A DNA stretch of 64,000 bases. Source: the human T2T-CHM13v2.0 reference genome, Homo sapiens. Below, piece by piece: positions 51,151 to 64,000 of this stretch. Made by a program: the position numbers and the translations under genes. Positions within the stretch are counted from its first letter, which is position 1, and each line of letters opens with the position of its first letter. The stretch is taken from NCBI RefSeq assembly GCF_009914755.1, contig NC_060941.1; one strand, given 5' to 3'. Below the pieces are notes generated by a model. The model was not told the DNA's origin. It saw only the letters and a program-made list of their open reading frames with translations, and did no database searches.

Positions 51151-51593
51151 GACGGGGAGGGGCTGTCTCTGTCCCAGGCTCTCCTCCCCATCCTGCCTCC
51201 GCCTTCCCCGGCCTCCAGTGATGGGGAGGGGCTGTCTCTGTCCCAGGCTCTCCTCTCTGTCCTCCCTCCGCCTTCCCCTGGCCTCTAGTGATGGGGAGGG
51301 GCTGTCTCTGTCCCAGGCTCTCCTCTCTGTCCTCCCTCCGCCTTCCCCTGGCCTCTAGTGATGGGGAGTGGCTGTCTCTGTCCTCCCTCCGCCTTCCCCT
51401 GGCCTCTAGTGATGGGGAGTGGCTGTCTCTGTCCCAGGCTCTCCTCTCTGTCCTCCCTCCGCCTTCCCCTGGCCTCTAGTGATGGGGAGTGGCTGTCTCT
51501 GTCCTCCCTCCGCCTTCCCCTGGCCTCTAGTGATGGGGAAGGGCTGTCTCTGTCCCAGGCTCTCCTCCCCATCCTCCCTCCGCCTTCCCCTGG
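51151..51593. repeat. 7-unit VNTR with 70- and 51-bp units
   Basis: GAYGGGGA..GGCTGTCTCTGTCC starts at 51151, 51220, 51290, 51360, 51411, 51481 and 51532. Confidence 0.95.
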
Positions 51594-52809
51594 GCAGCTG
51601 GGGGCCAGAAGCCTTCTCCCTGGGACGCTAAGAGGCAGTCCCGGGGGGTGTGGGTTCAGGGGTGGAGGGAGGGGCCCAAGGAGAGGCAGGAGCCAGCGTA
51701 CCCACCTCACCATGGGCAGGACTCCAGGGCCAGTGGGCGAGAGCACGGGAAGGGGGCTGGGCGGACAGCAAGGTAGGGATGCCAGCAAGTTCTGACCCGG
51801 GCTGAGGGGTCTGGGCTCCCCTCTGAGGACTGCATCCTCCAGAGCCCTGAACACGGCGCGGCCACCCAGGGAGGGCCCAGAGCAGGGAGGCGGCCACACA
51901 CGCCAGCCGAAATGAAGATTCAGGGCAGGACTGGCTAGCAGGAGGGCCTGGGTGCGGGGTCCCAGGGCCGAGGGGCACGTGGGGACAGTGAGCCTGGCCT
52001 GGCCTCACAAGGGGCTACGGGGGAAGGAAAGCCCAGGTAGGGTCTGTCAGGGGCCCGAGCACCCACCCTGGTCTCCAGCCACAGACCCTCCCCGGAGCAC
52101 CCGCCCTGGTCTCCAGCCACAGACCCTCCCCTGCCCTCTAGGCAGGGCATGCTGGCAGGCGGGGTGGGGCCAGCCCCCAAGGGTGAGCCGCCGGAGGTTC
52201 TGCTGGGAGCCTGGGGTCTGTGAGGGAGCGGCTGCTGCCTGGCATTGCCCTAAGCCGGCCAGGACCTGATCCCCACCCTACGCTGGGGCTGGGAGCAGAC
52301 AGGAAGGACAGAGACACACGGAGAAGGGGCCCAGACCACGCAGAAAGAAGGTGTGTCTCGGCAGGGTGTGGCCGGCTCCCGGGACGCTAGACAGGAGCCA
52401 CGGGGCCCCTTCCTGGGGAGGAAGGTGCAGCCATGCAAAGTGAGTCCAGGGGACGGCGAGGGGCCTGACCCGCTCTTCTCCCGAAACTCGGATATTTCCA
52501 GTATGTGTCCGGCGTCCCCAGAACGACACGGAGATGGACTGGCTTGCGGGGGACCCCACGTCCTCTTCCCCAACACGAGGAGCCTCGGGATCCATTTTCA
52601 CTGCTGCAGGCACAGGGGCCTCCTCAGCTCCTCCTCGTCTGCTGTTCCTGTTTCGTCCTCTTCCTGCCTCGTGCTTCGTTGATGTTCTGCAAATTATTTA
52701 GATGTGTAAATGAAATAAATGGAAAATAACTCTCATTGCTCCCAGCTGGCCTAGCTCCGTCCCTCACCCACCTGCCTTGGGGGCCAGGAGGCTCTAAGAT
52801 GTGAGGACG

Positions 52810-53165
52810 CTGGACAGAGATCAGACAGAGGCTAGACAGAAACAGCAGCCAGAGGGGTACAGAGGGCAGGAAAGAGACTGGACAGAGATGGACAGAGACA
52901 AGACAGAGGGGACAGAAGGGGACAGAAATTGGACAGAGATGGACAGAGGGGACAGAGGGGGAAAAAGATGGACAGAGACAAGACAGGGGAGAGGGGGACA
53001 GAGACTGGACAGAGACAAGACGGGACAGAGGGGGACAGAGATGGACAGAGACTGGACAGAAACAAGACAGAGGGGATGGGGTACAGAGACAAGACAGGGG
53101 ACAGAGGAGGACAGAGACAAGACAGAGGGGACAGAGACTGGACAGAAACGGAGAGGAACAGAAAA
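52810..53165. repeat. GA-rich GACAGAG low-complexity repeat
   Basis: Degenerate GGACAGAG units. Confidence 0.9.
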
Positions 53166-53840
53166 TGCATGGGCCGGCCAGGTGAGGGGCAATGCTTGGG
53201 CACCCCCAAATCACAGGGCGAGGACCGGTACTGGGCAGTGCCACGGTGTGACAGAGTGACGTGCAGTCAGGGACAGCGTCCAGTGTGGACGGAGCCTTCC
53301 TGATGCCTGAGCCACCCCTGAGCTCACGGGGCCACCCTCTGGCCGCGGGTCCTCCAGCTCCCCAGCCCAGAGCTGTCCAGCAGCAAGCGCTGACCTGGGA
53401 GACGTGCCAGGTGGCGAGTGGGCGTGGCACACACCGCTGGTGTCTCAGGCCCTTGGCTCCCATCTCGGTGATAAGCACAGCAGGGCTGGGCAGAGCCGGG
53501 CCAGGGTCCCCATCAAGAGAGAAGGTGGAGGGAGCAGAGGCCACCACGCTGCACACCAGGGCTGTGACCATGGTGGGGTGAGAGGTGGCTGCCACGTGGG
53601 TTCCTGGCAGTGACCCACACACCACACAGAGTCAGCTCCAGGCTGGCCATGGTGACGAGTCTTCCGGGATGGGACCAATGATGGGAGGGTCACGCCCGTT
53701 TCCCTTCCTTTGAAAACGAGTCTCCCATACATAAAAATGGACGGCTTTCCTTGCTCACCCTGTGGCCTCACAGGCCCCGACCACACACCCACACGGCACT
53801 AAGGCCCTCCCGGCCTCAGCCCTGCAGAAAGCCGGAGACC

Positions 53841-53920
53841 TCCCGGAACCCTCCCCGGAACCCCTCCCCGGAACCCTCCCCGGAACCCCTCCCCGGAACC
53901 CCTCCCCGGAACCCCCCCAC
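53841..53920. repeat. 6 x 13-14-bp CCCGGAACCC(C)TC repeat
   Basis: Direct tandem copies. Confidence 0.95.
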
Positions 53921-54534
53921 CCACTTCACCGTCGTGGCCTCTGCTTTCGTGGCTTCCTCCCCTTCGTTCGTGAGAACTTGGGACATGTACACGGAGCTTT
54001 CCACACAACTCAAGAAACCCAGCCTTGGGGCTCTGTACTCCCCAGGCTGACATACGGCGACCTCGTGTTTCGGCTTTGCTTTCGCAATGCACGGCTGTGC
54101 GCTCGGGCCTGGCTCTGGTGGCTGCCGCGTGTTGGAGACTCTGTCCACGCAGGTAGCAGGGACAGGGCCACCGCCAGGTCAGGAGCACGGACGGAAGCAG
54201 GAAACGTCTCCCTTCCCGACAGCAGGACTCGCCCTCCTAGATTCTTTATTTTGAAAGGAATAATCATCTTTGACTTTAATGAAACACTTTTACTTAAAAA
54301 TAGATCACTCATCAGAGGACACACCTGAGACCCCAGTTCCTCCCTGGAACCTTCTAGCGGAACCAATCACCCCTCGTGGCTCCTGGAACAGCCTCACGTC
54401 GGCCACACCCGACACTTTCATCAGGTTCACGAGCACTTCTTGGGCAAAGCCCAGGGTGTGAGGATTCACTGCTGTGCCCACGTATTTTCCCACCTTTTTA
54501 TTTTTTTAAAATGCCCAGGCTTCAATGATAAATT

Positions 54535-56640
<2,106 letters not shown>

Positions 56641-57416
56641 GACCATCAGTTTAATGCCAGGGCAAAGGGGGAGGAGGAGACCTACCCTCGACCCAGCAGA
56701 AGGCCCATGGGAGCCGGCACAGCGACGCCAAGAGCCTCCTTGGTGAGGACACTCGGACCCTGGCCCTCGGGATGCTGGCCGCTGACAGGGCCAAGCCTGG
56801 TGTGGTGGGGCCGTGGCCCACGGTGATTTGTGGGCCAGCAGCATTGGGGGTGCACGCAGGGCTGTGGGAACGGCAGATGTTCACCTCCACCTGAATCCAG
56901 CAGAACTCCCACCCACCCCAAAGGACCCCGTTGCTGCCTCCAGAGCCGCCACTCACGGACCCTTCTCCAAAGCTGCTGCGGTTTGCTGATGCCGAGACCC
57001 CGAACAGAAGCTGCTGGCCCCACGTTTGTCCCCATTTATGGCTGATGCTTTAGCCAGTCTTTGATGGGCCGGGGAGTTGCTGAACCTGGACGAGTCCCGG
57101 GGGGTTGCTGAACCTGGGTGGATGAGTCCCGTCCATTCACAGATGGGGACTTGTGCCCCGTCCTGCTGGGTCCCTTTCCTGGCCTCCACCTCAGGCTCCC
57201 AGGCCTACAGCCCAAGCACACATGATGCTGGAGAAGTGAAAAGCTGGTTCCCTTCATTTACTCACAGATGAAAAGATTAACACGTCAGCAAATCAAAATC
57301 AGAGAATTCCTAAGGCACTCTGTGCAACAGGAGCGGGTGGACGTGGGGGTGGGTGCACGACTGGCGCGGCTGCCTCCACACGGGCCCTCCTGAAGTTACC
57401 TTGGCCCGGCTGCTGG

Positions 57417-57553
57417 CTACGGGAACGCTGGGTCCTCGATGCCATGGTCGGGGTTGCAGCTGAAGGCGATGGTGATGGCGTAACGGGTGCCCCAGTGGAC
57501 CTTCTCCACGCGGTGTAGGTTCTCGGACCCCGAGGTGAAGAAGGAGACGCGAC
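57417..57553 (-). CDS. OGFOD3: OGFOD3 last coding exon (GRVSFFTSGSENLHRVEKVHWGTRYAITIAFSCNPDHGIEDPAFP*)
   Basis: Strong pyrimidine tract plus CAG acceptor at 57554. In frame with exon 63125-63248; holds the distal His (ENLH) and 2OG-binding Arg (GTRY). Confidence 0.95.
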
Positions 57554-58826
57554 CTGGGAGAGGAGAAGAGAGAGAGGTGGCCATAGAGCCACACCCACGG
57601 CCACAGCCTTCAGAGGGTCTGCGGTCACCTGAAAGAGCAACTATAACCAATCAACACAACCAACCAGGCAGGCTGGAGAAATTGCCCCTCTGGGAACTGC
57701 TTCTGCAGGAAGGAGGAGCTGGAGAAACAAACGCAGCAATGCTCAGGGGCCCTGTGGCGGAGGAGGGGCCCCCCGGGGCCAGCAGGGACTCTGTGGTGGG
57801 CAGGACAGAGGAAGATGCTGCAGATGAGGCCACCACTGGCTCCAGACACCCCAGGTCATCTGATCTCCCGAGCTCCGGGCATTTGATCTCCTCAGCTCTC
57901 ATGGGCCTTCCAGATCTGACACTTTAGGATCTTATTTCTAATCACAGGTTGAGAACAAAAACCAAGCCCTGGGGGTGTTCTAACAAAGAATCAGGAAAGA
58001 CAAGATAAAACATCCAACTCGCAAACACCTCTCTGTCTCCCTTCAAGGGGTGATAGAGATGACGTCTGAACAGGCAGCTTCCACGGCAGTAACCAGGGCC
58101 CGGGGCCTGAGAGGTCCTGGAGGCAGGGGCCTATCTCAAGAGACGCCAGTTCATTTGTCTTCACATTGAAGTGGCGCTGCCTACCCCACCGTAGAGTCCT
58201 GTGGTAAAGCGTTCACCGCTGGACACAGCCATCGACCGTCACCAAGCGGGAAGCAAGGGGCGTTGAGACTCAGAGGACACCGGGCTCCCCCACGTGGCTC
58301 CTGACGTCCTGTGACAATTTCATTCCCCTTCAAAGGTTACCACTGGAAATGCAATTCCTTCCTTTCACATTTGCAAACTTCACTCGATCTTTGAAAGGGG
58401 AGAGAAGTCCATCCCGGGTGTGCAGGGCATTCTAGCTTCAAGAGGGAGTCAGTTGCACTGTGCCTGGAAATAGTGGAGCAAAAGAAATCACGTGGATGCA
58501 ATGGTCACCTCTTAATGGAGGCCGGGAAGCGCCCTGGGATGCAGGCAAGGCAGCCGATCTTTCCCGGACCGTGTGGGCCACCTCCAGATATGCAGGACAC
58601 GTCCTTTTCCAGGTCGGCTGGAGTCAGGGCACCTTCTAACCTTACACTTTTAAAGGACACATTGTCCTTGGTTTCTTCCAGCTTCAATCGAGCCTGAGAC
58701 ATCGGCACAAGCAGGAGGGCCCAGCGGCTCGCGCCATTTGGGACCTCAGTCGCCCATGCTCGTCCACACTCTCTGCTCTCTGCTGCTGGCAGACGTGGTT
58801 CTCAGGAGGCTGCCAGCATTCAGTAA

Positions 58827-59309
<483 letters not shown>

Positions 59310-59389
59310 AAGATGCACTTTCTTTAGTAAATGACTATTAGATTATCACCTGCTTCCTTAAAGCAGGACTCAGCACAGCAACCAAGGAA

Positions 59390-59562
59390 TCAACAATAAG
59401 CAATGCTCTCAGCTTCCAGAATCGCATGTGTCTCTCCCCTCTCGGACGGGTGGTGAGTCCCCGGAGGACACCTGACTCCAGCCTTCGCACCAGCAGCTTC
59501 ACTGGCTCTCGGTCCATTAACTTCTTGGAACCCACAAGACATCATCCGGAAACAAAAACATC
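59390..59562 (-). CDS. OGFOD3: OGFOD3 alternative cassette exon, coding part (GCFCFRMMSC...AESIAYC*); exon 59350-59562
   Basis: Acceptor CCCCAG at 59563 and donor CAG|GTGATA at 59350/59349, in frame. Gives a C-terminus 12 aa longer, consistent with the 331 vs 319 aa isoforms I recall. Confidence 0.8.
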
Positions 59563-59583
59563 CTGGGGACACAGGACAGGGAT

Positions 59584-60483
59584 TGTGTGGTAAAGGGTTG
59601 ACTCCAGGGGCCTGGGCGGTGCACACCCTACACCCTCCAGAGAGAGGCCTGGCCTTTGCCCCAGCTCCCAGGGGGGACCTCTGAGCCCTCAGAACATCCT
59701 GCCTGATAGGAGAACCTCTGTTTACCAGGGACCTAGGGCCACACCAGATGGTCCACACTGACAGTGTCACTTATGGTGGGACGTGGGCCACAGAGCAGCA
59801 GCTCAGCATCCAGAGGGGCTGGGGACAGAGGCCAGCCGTGCCTGCACCACCAGCCCCCCAGTAAAAACCCTGGACACCAAGGCTCGGCCGAGCATCCCTG
59901 GTCAGTGACACCCCCGAATATCATCACACATCACTGCTGGAGAACTAAGAGCTGTTGACCCAACTCCGGGAGAAGACAGTGGGAAGCTCACACCTGGTCA
60001 CTCCTCAACCTGCCCCACGGCCTCTCCCCTTGCTGGATTGTTTTTTGTTTTTGTTTTTGTTTAGACAGGGTTTGGTTCTGTTTCTCAGGCTGGAATGCAG
60101 TATGCAATGGTAGGATCTTGGCTCACTGCAACCTCCTCCTCCCAGGCTCAAGCAATCCTCCCATCTCAGCCTCCTGAGTAGCTGGGACTATAGGTGCACG
60201 CCACCACACCCGGCTGCTTTTTGTATTTTTTGTAGAGACGGGGTTTTGCCATTTTGGCCAGGCTGGTCTTGAACTCCCGAGCTCAAACGATCTGCCTGCC
60301 TCGGCCTTGCAAGTGCTGGGATTACAGGTGTGAGCCGCCCCACCTGGCCCCCTTGGTGGATTTTAATCCATTTCTTTTCACTGTAATAAACTACAGCCAA
60401 GGGTATAATGGCTTTGCTGAGTTCTGTGAGTCCCAACAGTGAGTCACTGGACCTAAAGGTGGTCTTGGGAACCCCCGAACACA
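59584..60483 (+). mobile_element. MER21-like LTR with inserted AluJ (about 60040-60350)
   Basis: CCCAGTAAAAACCCTGGACACCAAGGCTCGG, AATAAA, and end GGTGGTCTTGGGAACCCCCGAACACA. Confidence 0.75.
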
Positions 60484-60558
60484 GGACTCTGCCTTCCTCG
60501 ATAAAGTTGCCCTACAAAGAAAACTAGCATTTGCCACTCATGGTAAGAACTGCGACAC

Positions 60559-61468
<910 letters not shown>

Positions 61469-62212
61469 ATGCAGGAGACAGGTTGTTTTAATTATCTGAA
61501 AGAAGATCGTGATACAAAATGTTTGACTCAAGTATTTATCATGCTTAAAATGACTAAGATCAAAATATGCTAAAAAGTTGTGTAATTTCGAGTCCCAGGA
61601 GGCTTCAGCTGCTTGACTTCTCAAGAAAACGCCTGTCTTGTGCTCTGTGAGTTTTTCATTTTCCCACAAAACTGCTGTGACTGGGACTTCTGGGGTGAGG
61701 GCAGACAGGCTGGGCTCCTGCTTGCAGAGGCTGGACGTCCAAACCCTTCCCCTAATGCAGAGATGACTCAGAACAACTGACATGAAGGCAGAGTGAGGCC
61801 AGGACACAGTCAGGCCAAACGCCCCCAATCCACGCCAGGGGAGACTGTGCCCAGGGCTGCGGCACACACGGCCTGAAGCCGGCTGCAGGGAGTGGGCTTG
61901 GCCAGCCGCTGGCTACAGCGGGAACTGTCCAGCCTGTGGCCAGGGAGCAGCTGAGGGAGGCAGGATGGCAGGAAGTGGCCGGGCAGCTCAGGCCACCTGC
62001 CACAGGTGGTCGTGGAAAGAGAGTCCCTCAAACTGAGCTTGCAAACTGAAGTCGTAAACTAACCTGAGAAAGGCAAGTACAAATAACAGGAATCTCAAAA
62101 TAAACAAGCTGGAGATCTTAAAAGAGATGAAAGAAGTCCTGACTGTCACACAGTCCCTGGTCTGACTGAGCGGCCAGGCAGGAGGAACACCCGTGCTGAG
62201 AAGCCACCCCAC

Positions 62213-62382
62213 AGGTGAGGGCAGTGCCCTGGGGACGGGTGAGGCAGCAGGGGGTGAGGGCAGTGTCCTGGGGACGGGTGAGGTAGTGGGGGGTGAGGGC
62301 AGTGCCCTGGGGACGGGTGAGGCAGCGGGGGGGGGGGGGGGGGTGAGGGCAGTGCCCTGGGGATGGGTGAGGCAGTGGGGGG
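62213..62382. repeat. 4 x about 39-bp G-rich repeat
   Basis: GGTGAGGGCAGTGCCCTGGGGACGGGTGAGG four times. Confidence 0.9.
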
Positions 62383-63032
62383 TGGATGGTGCTGGCACAG
62401 TCCACAGGGCTCCCAAGCCTATGCGAGTTTCGGCTGCATCTGGGGTCAGGGCCGTGGGCTCCACCTGAGGAGGCCCCTAACAGGGGTTCCCCACTCCCCA
62501 CACCCTCCCACCCCAGGATCTGGGCTTGTGTTACCCACAAGTTCAAGGAGCAGAGGATGACTGTCCGCTCGGCAAATGCTCACTGGCACTGCTGTGTCTG
62601 CAGCAGGCTGGGCATGGCTGGGGCTCTGGGACTCTGGGACTGCAAGGTCCAGCGTGATGGGTTCTGAAGCCGGCACCGCAGAGCCACCCGGTGAGGTTCC
62701 AGCCACCAGCGAGGAGGGCACTAGGTCACCGACACTGGGCTGGGGCCTCGTCTAATCTTAGGTTGCGAGTCTCTTTGAGAAGGGTACAGAGGTGAACGCA
62801 CTCCAGAGGGGAGGGAGGGAGACCCTGACCGCCAAGGTGACACACACCAGGGAGGGAAATGGATGGTGCCTGTCAAGGTGACACACACCAGGGCGTGGAG
62901 GGGGGCTCTGCCGCTGACTGACGGTGACCTCAGACATGTGGCCCCGTAGACACCAGCCTCCTGGGTGTTGGGACTGGCGCTAGACCTGGGAATCACTCAG
63001 CACCGGCCCGGCACACAGCAGATGCTCTGTGA

Positions 63033-64000
<968 letters not shown>

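Noticed and set aside
52624-53625. 333-aa and overlapping ORFs
   Set aside because: Derived from a GA-rich low-complexity repeat and GC-rich flanks.

Overview
Human (hominid) GC-rich, Alu-, ERV- and VNTR-dense DNA, recognised as distal chr17q25.3. It holds the complete TEX19 gene (+, 164 aa), the complete UTS2R gene (+, urotensin-II receptor, 389 aa, intronless CDS) and the last exons and 3'UTR of OGFOD3 (-). By known gene order the SECTM1 5' end should lie just left of the window; this is inference, as no SECTM1 exon is visible. The rest is Alu, old L1, ERV LTRs (LTR7-, MER41-, MER66-, MER21-like), one truncated SVA and many minisatellites, and most ORF-track entries are repeat or GC artefacts. 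I found no convincing wholly new gene system. The most notable observations are: (1) the TEX19 intron is almost entirely a 2.3-kb array of 10-bp units that each mimic a 3' splice site; (2) the lost C-terminal half of TEX19 is still readable in its 3'UTR; (3) an SVA provides the first canonical polyA signal after the UTS2R stop; (4) a candidate L1-derived UTS2R 5'UTR exon carries a uORF; (5) an OGFOD3 cassette exon replaces catalytic residues and should escape NMD; (6) an ISRE/GAS cluster, partly LTR-borne, lies at the SECTM1-proximal end; (7) a VNTR is built from GNRA-tetraloop hairpins. Repeat family names and edges were assigned by eye and are approximate.
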